From the IMG/VR virus record IMGVR_UViG_3300045988_023824, positions 1-26,392 of that record: 26,392 nucleotides of DNA; one strand, 5' to 3'. Made by a program: the position numbers and the translations under genes. Source of the DNA: a virus. How positions within the stretch are numbered: the stretch's first letter is position 1; the number at the start of each line of letters is the position of its first letter. Under the pieces are notes generated by a model that was given only the letters and a program-made list of their open reading frames with translations, was not told the DNA's origin and did no database searches. Below are positions 11,293 through 21,010 of the stretch, piece by piece.

Positions 11293-12195
11293 ATGGCAAA
11301 CCCCGTAATGACGAGTTTAACTAGTTACGTAGAACAGCGCAGGCTTCCATTGATAAAAGAGGCTGTATTAAAGGCTAAGAGTGCTTCGTTGTTCAATCTT
11401 CAAACTGACATCAAAACTAGTGCTGCTCTTAACCTGTTATCAACTGCTATTCAGTTTGGCGATGGCCTAGCTTGTGGTTGGGATGAAGCTGGAACTCAGA
11501 CTCTTTCTCAGAGAATTCTGACTACTGGTAATATTAAGATCAATATGGCATATTGTGATAAAGAGATGCTTAAATACTGGACTCAGTATCAAGTACGAGT
11601 AGCTGCTGGTCAGAAGACGCTTCCTTTTGAAGAGGATTTCGTAAATGCAGTAGTTGAGAACGTTAAGGCTGCTATCGAGACTGCTATTTGGCAGGGTGAT
11701 ACTACTTCTCAGACTAATAACCTGAAGTACTTTGATGGTCTGTTAAAGATCTTAAAAAATGCTGCTGGTACTGTTGATGTAACGATTACTGGTACTTCTG
11801 CTTATGATGACATTATGGCTGTTTATAACGCTATTCCTGAGAAGGTTCTGGATGGTGCTTCTATCTTAGTTGGTAGTGATACTTTCCGTAAATTTATCCA
11901 GGAGTTAGTTGCTAAGAACTACTACCATTATAGTGGTGAGAATCTTAATGGTGAGATTATGCTTCCTGGTTCGCAGGTTAAAGTAATCGCTGTTAATGGT
12001 CTTAATGGAACTGATAAGATTGTTGCTGGTCAGTTAGATAAGAACTTCTTCTATGGTTGCGATATGATGAACGATGAGGAGAAGTTTGAATTGTGGTATT
12101 CACAAGATTTCCGCGAATTTAGATTAGCTATTGAATTTAACGCTGGCGTACAGGTTGCATTCCCTGATGAGGTAGTTCTTGGTGCCAAAGCCTAA
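11293..12195 (+). CDS. Putative major capsid protein, 300 aa
   Basis: Intact ORF in the protease-scaffold-capsid position. Codon usage is visibly different and more G+C-rich (ggt/gct/cgt/cag), as expected for an abundant protein. Four TGG, no TGA. Confidence 0.6.
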   Translation: MANPVMTSLTSYVEQRRLPLIKEAVLKAKSASLFNLQTDIKTSAALNLLSTAIQFGDGLACGWDEAGTQTLSQRILTTGNIKINMAYCDKEMLKYWTQYQVRVAAGQKTLPFEEDFVNAVVENVKAAIETAIWQGDTTSQTNNLKYFDGLLKILKNAAGTVDVTITGTSAYDDIMAVYNAIPEKVLDGASILVGSDTFRKFIQELVAKNYYHYSGENLNGEIMLPGSQVKVIAVNGLNGTDKIVAGQLDKNFFYGCDMMNDEEKFELWYSQDFREFRLAIEFNAGVQVAFPDEVVLGAKA

Positions 12196-12233
12196 TTTCA
12201 ATAGAGTTTAACTTTAAATAAGATTGAAATTAT

Positions 12234-12758
12234 ATGGCTTGTTTAATAACTATCGCTGGTATTACCCTGGATTGCGAATCTTCGCTTGGTGGTATCAAAC
12301 AGGTATGGATTACTCAGTACGATAATGTTAAGAGTGTAACTGTAGATGATGAGACTAATCAAATCTCAGCTATTACTCTTGAAGAAGATGCTAAATGGTA
12401 TAATTACCAATTCCGCAAAGGTACTGGTTCTCTAACCTCAACATTGAACGTTGACGAAACTGCAGGAACCAACTATGTAAGTAATGAGCTTGCTCTTGTA
12501 TTTACAAAGATGGAGACTAAGAAAAGAATCGAGATTGCTGCTCTTTCTATTGGACAACTTGTAGTTGTTGTAGAAGATTCTAATGGCAAATACTGGTTCT
12601 TAGGAAAAGATGACTATGTAAGCGCTTCCGCTGGTACGGGTGTTACTGGTACTGCAAAAGGTGATCAGAACGCTTATACGCTGACTTTAGCTACTGACTC
12701 TGAATCATATCCTTATGAGTTGAGTGCAGAAGCTATCCAAAGCGTTGTAGGTGCTTAA
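12234..12758 (+). CDS. Abundant virion protein of unknown role, 174 aa (candidate tube/major tail or capsid-associated protein)
   Basis: Intact ORF with the same high-expression-like codon usage as the capsid gene, followed by a strong terminator. Three TGG, no TGA. Confidence 0.4.
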   Translation: MACLITIAGITLDCESSLGGIKQVWITQYDNVKSVTVDDETNQISAITLEEDAKWYNYQFRKGTGSLTSTLNVDETAGTNYVSNELALVFTKMETKKRIEIAALSIGQLVVVVEDSNGKYWFLGKDDYVSASAGTGVTGTAKGDQNAYTLTLATDSESYPYELSAEAIQSVVGA

Positions 12759-12770
12759 TAACAGAAAGAG

Positions 12771-12801
12771 GGGCGAGTATTAATTTACTTGCCCTTATTT
12801 T
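12771..12801 (+). terminator. Intrinsic terminator after the capsid block
   Basis: GGGCGAGTA (12771-12779) pairs with TACTTGCCC (12786-12794) with one G-U; loop TTAATT; followed by TTATTTTG. Confidence 0.65.
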
Positions 12802-12847
12802 GTTATATACCACATAATGAATAATTTATATTTTATAGAAAAATAAT

Positions 12848-15370
12848 ATGGCAAACGAAACTGAAAAGACAATTCTTCCTTATCTTAATGTCCTTGAAGT
12901 TGAAACAATAGATAAGTCAAATGTGACTAAAGTTATTGTTATTGACAAGGATGATGAAGTTAAGGTTATGGATGGTTCTCAGTTAGCTACTAATAGCTAT
13001 TTTGATCTTCAGGATAAACCTGAAATCAATGGCATTGAGTTAAATGGTAATATGACTTCAGAAGAGTTGGGATTAGCGTCATCTGAAGATATTGTTACTA
13101 TTAATTCTGAGTTAGAGCAAATAAAGAGTACTATTCCAAGTGCTGAAAATATTGATAATCAGATAACTGAACGATTAGCTGATTATCCAACTAAAGAAGA
13201 GGTTACAACTGAAATTTCAGATGCAGTTGCCAATAAAGCCGATAAATCTGAGATACCAACAAAAACTTCACAATTAACTAATGATAGTGGATTTATTAGC
13301 AGCTTAGATGGATATGCTACTGAAAAATGAGTTGAAGATAATTATCTTACAAAAGAAGCTGCTGAAAGTGCATTAAATTCTAAACAGAATAAATTAAACC
13401 AAGGTGACGGTATAGTAATTGAAGAGAATACTATTTCTGCAGATTATAATACTATTCGTAACAAACCATCTTTAAATGGAACTGAATTATCTGGAGCAGC
13501 TTCAATAGTACCTGCCATTAATATTCAATCAGTCCCATCTAAAGTTACTTTAGCTCCTGTATTTGGTAATCAAACTGGAGAAGCAGTTGAACTTCCAATA
13601 TATAATACAGAGACTAATCAAGCTGGTATTGTTAATGGTCCTCTATATGCACAATTAGCAGATAAATATACTAAAGCTGAAATTGATGCTTTAAATACAG
13701 CTATTAATAAAGAGATAGCTTCAAAACAGGGAACGCTTACAGCAGGAAAGAATATATCTATTATAGATAATGTAATCTCTGCTTTTGAGAATCATTTCTT
13801 ACTTAATTTAGATGAGAATGATCCTGTAAGACAGAAACATATCTATGACTTTATTAGAACTAATCTGGACTTCTATTTATTCTGCCAGATTACATATAAA
13901 GGTGATATTATAGTTATTCCTGTTGCAACTATTGAGCATCCTGAAACTATTGATTTATATGGCTATTATTTCCAAGATAATGGTGTATTAGTAGTTATTA
14001 ATGCAATCTTAGTAAATAATGGTAATATGACTGTTAAAGTTACTGAGGTTGATCTTACTAATAAAGGATATACTAAAGAAGAAGTAGATGCCAAACTTGA
14101 GGAAAAACAAGGAGTATTTACTCCACAAGCTCCATTAGCTTTTAATGAAGATAAATCCCAATTATCTGTAGATTTATCTGGATACCAACCAGTTGGTGAT
14201 TATGCTTTAAAGAGTGATATTCCAACTAAAGTTAGTGAGCTTACTAATGATTCTAACTTTGTAACTGAAGCAGAGGTTTCTGGAGATTTAGCAGGTAAAG
14301 CAGATAAGACTTATGTTGATGAGCAGCTTGCTACTAAACAGCCTGTAGGAGATTATGCAACAAAAACAGAACTTGCTGGTAAAGCTGATTCTTCTGTGGT
14401 AGAATCTTTATCTACTCAAGTAGCAACTAATACTTCAGATATATCAATTATTAAAACAAAACAAGAAGAAGATGGAGATAAGATTGATTCTCTTGATAAA
14501 GAGATGGCTACTAAGCAAGATTTACTTGTAAGTGGAACTAATATCAAAACAATCAATAGTCAGTCTTTACTTGGAGAAGGTAATATAGAAATTGAAAGTG
14601 GCTCTAATATTCCATTTCTATTTATAAATTCCACTACTCATCTTTCTGGAGATTTCGCTGCTGTTAAGAATGCTATAGCTAATAAAACACCATTTGAGCT
14701 TTATTATGTAAATATTCTAGGTTATGGTGATATAGCAGCTCCAGAAGTATGTTTTGTTTCAGGAGAAAATATTCAAGCTACTTTCCATTTTGAAAGTACT
14801 ACAGCTAATCATACTGTAGTTCAAACTACTATTACTCCAACTGGAGTATCAGCAGATACTAGTTATCATAGTTATCAAGAGCAATTAGTTAGTGGTACGA
14901 ATATAAAAACCATAAATGGACAGGATATTCTTGGTTCTGGTAACTTAGATGTTTCAGGAGGTGGAGGTACTACTGATTATAATCAATTGACCAATAAACC
15001 TCAAATCAATTCTGTTGAACTTAGTGGTAATAAGAGTCTTGAGGATTTAGGTATACCAACTAAGACATCTGAGCTTACTAATGATAGTGGCTTTTTAACT
15101 TCTATTCCTGATGAGTATGTTACAGAAACTGAATTAAATGCAGGATTAGGAAATAAACAAGACACTTTAGTTAGCGGAACAAATATTAAGACAGTTAATG
15201 GAGAAAGCTTGTTAGGTAGTGGAAATATAGATATTGAGAGTGTTTCTAATCCAGTTACTTATGGAAGTGGAACTCAACCACAAGTTCATACTATTCTTGT
15301 GGTAACTCAGTCTGAATATGATGCTATTTCAAGTAAAGATCCAAATACTCAATATTTAATTGTAGAGTAA
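12848..15370 (+). CDS. 840-aa tail fibre protein with repeated fibre motifs (1 in-frame TGA)
   Basis: Track ORFs 12848-13330 and 14027-15370 are co-phased, and 13331-14026 has no TAA/TAG (checked by codon). TGA 13328 is the only Trp codon in the gene. Three copies each of IPTK(T/V)S(Q/E)LTNDS(G/N)F, LVSGTNIKT(I/V)N..S(L/I)LG.GN(I/L) and NKP.(I/L)N..EL.G. Confidence 0.75.
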
Positions 15371-15371
15371 T

Positions 15372-16298
15372 ATGAATATTCGAGATAATTTAAAAGCTTT
15401 TTATGTAGGTAACAGACAAGGTACTGCCATTTATGTGGGCAGTACCAAAGTCTGGCCTATTGATCCTTGTAATCCTATAACCTTTATAGACCCAGTATTT
15501 GGAAGTCAAGTTAAAATACATTTATTAGATGATAAACCTGTAACGGATTGTAATATAGACAGTGTAAAAAGCTGATATTATCCAAGTCCTTCAAATGACT
15601 CTGCATTTACTGGTTCTGCTGTAGTTACTAACGAGGATTATAAAAAATTCAATGTTCCTGCATCTAATGATGATAATGTGGTATTTATGAGACTTTTTCA
15701 AAGTTGCGCCGATTTAACTACATTTGATACTGGAATGGTTGAAGGTGGAGAAGATAAATTAGGACTGTTATACAATATGGGCGGTTTTTATTGTACATTA
15801 CAAGGATGCACTTCATTAACTACTATTATAGGAGATTTTGATGGTTCTAAGATATATAATTATAACTGGATGTTTGGAAATTGTAGATCTTTAATTACGG
15901 CTCCAAATATAACATTTCCTCATAGGGATTATTTAGTAACTCATACAGTTAATGTAAGCAGATTATTTGATGGTTGTACTTCATTAACCACCATACCTTT
16001 ATATGATGCATATTCTTGGGAATATTTAAGTCTTACGTTTAATGGTTTATCTAATTTAGAGAATGTTGGAGGGTTTAAAGATATAGGAAAATGCTTTACT
16101 ACTAACTCCGTTGCTGGATTAAATTTTGAAGATAGCCCAAAGTTAACTAATCAATCAGTACAGAATATAATTAATAATTTAGCTACTCCAAGAGTATCAC
16201 TTGCTGGAGTTCTAAAACTTGCAGAGAATGTTTACAATTCATTAACAGAGGAACAAAAATCACAAATCACCAGTAAAGGCTGGTCAGTAACATACTAA
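15372..16298 (+). CDS. 308-aa BspA/DUF285-type leucine-rich-repeat protein, probable receptor-binding protein (1 in-frame TGA)
   Basis: Track ORFs 15372-15575 and 15678-16298 are co-phased, with TGA at 15573. Repeats FQSCADLTTF, LQGCTSLTTI, FGNCRSLITA and FDGCTSLTTI. The C-terminus LTEEQKSQITSKGWSVTY is paralogous to the end of 17719-18708. Confidence 0.6.
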
Positions 16299-16299
16299 T

Positions 16300-16521
16300 A
16301 TGAAAGTTGAAATTAAAGAAAAGTATCAAGTAGTTAAGCCTGAAGATAGTATGCTTCTGACTAACTATAAAGACGAAATGGATATTAAAGGGTATAACTC
16401 ATTTAAAGAGTGTATTTGTCCATTAGATTGCGATTTAACTCATCTAAGAGAAATATCTCTGGAACAAGACAGGGTTTATAAAGAACAAGCTGAGAAGGCT
16501 ATTGAAGAATCTCTTAAATAA
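16300..16521 (+). CDS. Small acidic protein, 73 aa (possibly a fibre assembly factor)
   Basis: Intact ORF packed tightly between two fibre-cluster genes. No recognisable motif. Confidence 0.35.
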   Translation: MKVEIKEKYQVVKPEDSMLLTNYKDEMDIKGYNSFKECICPLDCDLTHLREISLEQDRVYKEQAEKAIEESLK

Positions 16522-16528
16522 TAAAACT

Positions 16529-17203
16529 ATGATTATATTAAAGAATACTAAGAATACTCAGACCTTCTATGTTAGTAAGAAATGCGGTATTGAGACAGCT
16601 CAGCTTCCTGTTGGTTCTTATACAAAGATTGAAGCAGATGCGAGATTTCAACCTAAAGGTAATTACATTTCCGAAGATAAGGCTGTTGAAATAATTGATG
16701 AGCAAATTAATTCTCAGTTGGATGTTATACTTGAACCTAAGTTAGAGCCAATTAAGAATGATATTACTGAATTAGAAACATCTAAGATGGAAGTATTTCA
16801 AGTAAACTCTCCTATGTCATTTAATAGAGAGGGTGAAGATTTACATCTATCTATTGATCTTTCTAACTATGCTCTCAAGTCAGATATTCCAAGTACTGAG
16901 GATTTTGCTACTAAAGAAGAGCTTGCATCTGTTGAAAATGAAGTTGGAAATAATTCTTCTAAGATTACAGCTATTGAAAGCAAGCAAGAAGAGGATGAAC
17001 TAAAGATTGATGCATTAGATAAGGAAGTTGGGACATTAGATGCAAATAAAGCAGACAAATCGGAACTATCTAATTATGTAACATTAGAAGTATATAATGC
17101 TAAGGTTTCAGAATTAGAAGCTGCTATTCAAGCTTTACAGGCACAAATCGGAACTATCTCAACTACTCTTGATACAATTAATGGTGAAATTCCAAATGAA
17201 TAG
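16529..17203 (+). CDS. 224-aa coiled-coil tail-fibre protein
   Basis: Track ORF 16502-17203. I prefer ATG 16529 because it does not overlap the upstream stop at 16519-16521. [19 protein letters not shown] is paralogous to IKTKQEEDGDKIDSLDKEM in 12848-15370. Ends in TAG. Confidence 0.6.
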   Translation: MIILKNTKNTQTFYVSKKCGIETAQLPVGSYTKIEADARFQPKGNYISEDKAVEIIDEQINSQLDVILEPKLEPIKNDITELETSKMEVFQVNSPMSFNREGEDLHLSIDLSNYALKSDIPSTEDFATKEELASVENEVGNNSSKITAIESKQEEDELKIDALDKEVGTLDANKADKSELSNYVTLEVYNAKVSELEAAIQALQAQIGTISTTLDTINGEIPNE

Positions 17204-17717
17204 AGTATTAACAAATTATCCTAACTATAGTGTATCTTCTACAGGAGATGTATATAGTAACCCATTGACTTTTAAAGATTCTATTGGAAGAACCAGAAAA
17301 CAAATACATAAAAAGCTAAAACAGCATATAGATAAATATGGCTATAATTATGTAATTCTAGTATCTGGCTTAGATAAACCTAAAGCTATTAAAGTTCACA
17401 GACTAGTAGCAGAAGCATTTATTCCAAATCCTGACAATCTACCATATGTTAACCATATAAATGAAAATAAGACAGATAATAGGGTAGAAAATTTAGAATG
17501 ATGTGATGCAAAGTATAATAATACATATGGAACTAGAATAAATAGATGTATTGATAAAATTAGTAAACCTGTAGGGCTATTTATTAATGATTTACTAGTT
17601 AAAACATATAAAAATGCAATTGAAACATCAATAGATGGGTATACTCATAGTAGAGTTATAGATTGTCTTAAAGGAAGAACAGACACTTATAAAGGGGTAA
17701 AATTTAAATATATCTAA
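17196..17717 (+). CDS. HNH homing endonuclease (NUMOD4-like N-terminus plus HNH_3-type core), 173 aa (1 in-frame TGA)
   Basis: ATG 17196 overlaps the fibre stop (ATGAATAG). [14 protein letters not shown], then [35 protein letters not shown] followed by TGA 17499 at the conserved W of NLEW. Continues 72 codons to TAA 17715-17717, ending KGVKFKYI. Confidence 0.85.
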
Positions 17718-17718
17718 T

Positions 17719-18708
17719 ATGGCAAATACAATTTCTGATAAATTAACGTATCTTGAAGGTACTAAGAGTGCCATTAAAGATGCTATTGTAGCTAAAGGTG
17801 TTGCTGTATCAGATTCCGATACCTTTAGAAGCTATGCAGATAAGATAGGACAGATTTCTGGAGGTGAGGTGTTTGATGTTACTAAAACAGGATTAACGTT
17901 TGCTTATTGTAATATGCATCATAGTCAATTTGGGAAACTAAATTGAACTATAAATCCAAGTACTGCAGATATTTCATATTTATTTAGCAATAGTAACTTA
18001 CCTGATAGCTATATTGATTTAGGTAGTAAATTAGATACTTCTGTTTCTTATTTAGCAAAAGAGAGTTTTAAACAAGCTAATATTCACCAAATAGCAATAA
18101 ATTCAGGTCAACAGTTTAATAACCCTTCAAGTATGTTTGAAAGCACTATATCTCCAAATTCAACTCTGCAAGATATAGTTTTTAATATAACAGAATCATA
18201 TATTCCTTTTGTTTTATATTTTACAAACATAAGTACTACTGGTACAATTACAGTAAATATTAAAAATGGAATTAATGCATCACTAGTTTACTTTATGTAT
18301 GGATATAATGGCAACGAAATATGTGATAAAATAGTATTCAATGGATATAATTCTAGTACATTATCATTAGAGCAATTCTTTTGGACTGGTAGTACAAATC
18401 TAACTAAAATTCCAGAAATAGATTTGACAGCTGTTGATAACTATACATTTAGCGAATTAATAACAGGTGGAGAAATGACTTCTATAACTACATTTGGAGG
18501 GATTACAAATTTAAAGGTAGATCTTAATTTGCAGTGATTACCAAATCTTAATGCTGAGTCAGTCGATAATATCTTAAATAAAGCAAATGATTTAACAGGA
18601 AATCCTACTCAAACTATTACATTTAATTCTGCTGTTTATAATACCCTTACTGAGGAACAGAAATCATTAGCTACATCTAAAAACTGAACTTTAGCAAGTT
18701 CAAACTAA
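17719..18708 (+). CDS. 329-aa fibre/receptor-binding protein, second DUF285/BspA-like paralogue (3 in-frame TGA)
   Basis: Track ORFs 17719-17946 and 18133-18537 are co-phased and the gaps were checked. TGA at 17944,18535,18685; TAA 18706-18708. The N-terminus MANTISDKLTYLEGTKSAIKDAIVAKGV is fibre-like. C-terminus VYNTLTEEQKSLATSKNWTLASSN. Confidence 0.55.
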
Positions 18709-18723
18709 TTGTCAGTTTTTATT

Positions 18724-18759
18724 TTTTCTTAGTACTTTGAGTGAGTAAAAAACTTGACA
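18724..18759 (+). promoter_or_regulatory. Conserved 36-nt intergenic element, copy 1 (TTTTCTTAGTACTTTGAGTGAGTAAAAAACTTGACA)
   Basis: 32 of 36 identical to 26153-26188, with a 20-nt perfect core (18740-18759 = 26169-26188). Intergenic and plus-oriented. Confidence 0.55.
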
Positions 18760-18785
18760 TTAAAGGAGGCTTAGGTCTCCTTTAA
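18760..18785. terminator. Terminator-like hairpin directly after the conserved element
   Basis: TTAAAGGAGGC / GTCTCCTTTAA (one G-U), loop TTAG, followed by TTATTTTAAT. Confidence 0.6.
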
Positions 18786-18861
18786 TTATTTTAATACATT
18801 AGTAAATTGGTTTATATTTTAAGAAAAAGATATGTAAAACTAATGTAAATTGCTGTAAAAT

Positions 18862-19254
18862 ATGAATTATACTTTATTAATGCAAAATACAACTACTAAA
18901 GAAGTTTATATATTTAATCTTGAAAATCAGAATTATGCTGAAAATATCTACTATAAGTTTGATATTACATTATCTGATGATATGCCTGATGGTGAATATC
19001 AGTATATTCTGTTTAGTAATCCAAATAAACTTGAAGTAATTGTAGATGTAAATAATCCTATGCAGTCAGAGCTATATGGTAATCCAGTTATTCTGGTAAC
19101 TTATGAAAATACTCTTACTACAGGAACACAGATATTAGTTGCTGGTAAACCTATACCTGTATTGAGTTCAGGACTAATAAGAGTTGGAGATTATCAGAAT
19201 AATAAATACCAATACGATAAACAAAACAAATATACGGCTTATGAGCGAAAATAA
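18862..19254 (+). CDS. Hypothetical protein, 130 aa
   Basis: Intact standard-code ORF and the first gene after the 18724-18785 element. No motif recognised. Confidence 0.45.
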   Translation: MNYTLLMQNTTTKEVYIFNLENQNYAENIYYKFDITLSDDMPDGEYQYILFSNPNKLEVIVDVNNPMQSELYGNPVILVTYENTLTTGTQILVAGKPIPVLSSGLIRVGDYQNNKYQYDKQNKYTAYERK

Positions 19255-20323
19255 AACAAAAGTACAATTAAGTGCAATTGATCCTGTTGTAGTGTCAAAT
19301 TTAGTACTTCCTGTAGAATCGAGAAAAAGGGGTTCTGATTGGATTTCTTGGGGTGAAGATAATCGCTATCCTGTATATTTATGGGATCTATATTTAAATG
19401 TAGCTACTCTTCAATCTATCATTAATGGGACTGCTGACTTTATTGTTGGTAATGATGTTATATGTAATGCACCAGGATTTGAAGTAACTGTAAATAAGAA
19501 AGGTGAGACTATTATGGATATTATGCGTAAAGTATCTAAAGATAAGATGATTTTTGGAGGATATGCTTTACAAATAATTAGAGATATGTTAGGTAGAGTT
19601 TCAGAGATCTATCATCTTGACTTTATGAAGATTCGTTCTGATGAAAAGAATGAAGTATTCTATTATGCCGATGATTGGTCTGCTTGGTCTATTAAAGCTA
19701 TCAAATATCCAAAATTTAATTATTCAGATGATAATCCTACAAGTGTTGTTTATAATAAGGGCTATATAACAAGAAAAGTATATCCAGTCCCTGTTTATGG
19801 TGCAGCTATCCTATCTTGCGAAACTGAGAAGAATATTAATGAGTTCCATCTAAATTCTCTTCATAACGGATTTATGGGTAATATTATCATTAACTTTAAT
19901 AATGGACAGCCTACAGACGAAGTTAAAGAAGAGATTGAGATGAATATTAATGAGAAATTCTCAGGATTTCAAAATGCTGGTAGAGTTCTTATTTCATATA
20001 ATGATGATGAAACAAATAAGACTACTATTGAGCGTTTAGATTCTGATGATTTTGATGAGAAATATAGTGCTTTATCTGATAGAACAAGAGAACAGATATT
20101 CTGTGCATTTAGAGCTAATCCTAACTTATTTGGAATAAACTCTGATTCTACTGGATTTAATGAGCAAGAGTTTAATTCATCATTTAAACTATATAATAGA
20201 ACGATGATTAAACCTATGCAAAAAGAGATTTGTGATACATTTGACAAAATCTTTGGTATGAAGAATTCTATCACAATTACCCCATTTAGCTTAGATACAG
20301 CTGATTCTAAAATAGTTGAATAA
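19241..20323 (+). CDS. Putative portal protein, 360 aa
   Basis: Track ORF 19184-20323. I prefer ATG 19241 (MSENKTKV), which overlaps the upstream gene by 14 nt. GSDWISWGEDNRYPVYLWDLY...LQSIINGTADFIVG resembles N-terminal portal motifs of Bacteroidota phages. Five TGG, no TGA. Confidence 0.55.
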   Translation: MSENKTKVQLSAIDPVVVSNLVLPVESRKRGSDWISWGEDNRYPVYLWDLYLNVATLQSIINGTADFIVGNDVICNAPGFEVTVNKKGETIMDIMRKVSKDKMIFGGYALQIIRDMLGRVSEIYHLDFMKIRSDEKNEVFYYADDWSAWSIKAIKYPKFNYSDDNPTSVVYNKGYITRKVYPVPVYGAAILSCETEKNINEFHLNSLHNGFMGNIIINFNNGQPTDEVKEEIEMNINEKFSGFQNAGRVLISYNDDETNKTTIERLDSDDFDEKYSALSDRTREQIFCAFRANPNLFGINSDSTGFNEQEFNSSFKLYNRTMIKPMQKEICDTFDKIFGMKNSITITPFSLDTADSKIVE

Positions 20324-20324
20324 T

Positions 20325-21008
20325 ATGGAACAAATGGATTTTAGAAATGTACTTCTAATTAGTGAAGATTATATCAAATCTGAATCTAACTTAGACAATA
20401 ATGTTTCTGGTAAATATCTTCAGTCAGCAATTAAACTTGCACAAGATATTGAGCTTCAGTCATTAATTGGAACTAAGCTCTTAGAAAAGATTCAGAAATT
20501 AGTAATTGATTGGAAAGATCCAAATAAACCAGTTCATCCAATAGAACCTCCTATTTATGATCCTACTTCAATAGATGACCCAGAAAATCATAGATATAAA
20601 GAATTGCTAGATTACTATATTCAGCCTTATTTACTTTATCAAGTATTAAGTGAGATTACTATACCCATCTCATTTAAGCTGAGTAATTTTGGGGTTATGA
20701 GGACTGATGATGAGAAAGATTTAACTTCTGATATTAGCCAAGTTAATCTTATTAAGAAATATTATAGAGATAAAGCAGATTTCTTTAAAACGAGATTACA
20801 AAATTGGGTAATTACATATTATAATGATTTTCCTGAATTGTATTCTTATAAACCTCTTAAAGATATGTATCCAAATATGTATTCAAGTTCATCTTGTACT
20901 ATTTGGTTAGGTGGAGCTAGAGGTAAAGGTTGGAGATATAATTCTTGTGAAGGTCCTCTTCAAAGAGCTTATGATTTTCCTTCAAGTAACAATAAAAAGA
21001 GTAAGTAA
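20325..21008 (+). CDS. Putative head-tail connector/adaptor protein, 227 aa
   Basis: The track start at 20316 is TTG, so I prefer ATG 20325 just after the portal stop. The position after the portal and LISEDYIKSES...YLQSAIKLAQDIELQSLIGTKL resemble gp6-like connector N-termini. Weak call. Confidence 0.4.
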   Translation: MEQMDFRNVLLISEDYIKSESNLDNNVSGKYLQSAIKLAQDIELQSLIGTKLLEKIQKLVIDWKDPNKPVHPIEPPIYDPTSIDDPENHRYKELLDYYIQPYLLYQVLSEITIPISFKLSNFGVMRTDDEKDLTSDISQVNLIKKYYRDKADFFKTRLQNWVITYYNDFPELYSYKPLKDMYPNMYSSSSCTIWLGGARGKGWRYNSCEGPLQRAYDFPSSNNKKSK

Positions 21009-21010
21009 TT

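Noticed and set aside
12848-15370. Diversity-generating retroelement (template/variable repeat pair) in the fibre genes
   Set aside because: The repeated fibre motifs differ at many synonymous positions and at all four bases rather than at adenines only. No near-identical DNA repeat of about 100 bp and no reverse transcriptase gene is present.
18690-18720. tRNA genes, searched especially for a TGA suppressor, including T-loop-like strings such as GTTCAAA at about 6015 and 18697
   Set aside because: No flanking sequence folds into acceptor, D and anticodon arms. Both strings lie inside coding sequence, and the intergenic regions are too short and too AT-rich.
16502-20324. Track start positions 16502, 19184 and 20316 (and 17169 for the HNH gene)
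   Set aside because: They are upstream alternative or in-gene starts that create long overlaps with the preceding gene. ATG 16529, 19241, 20325 and 17196 give compact junctions and sensible N-termini.
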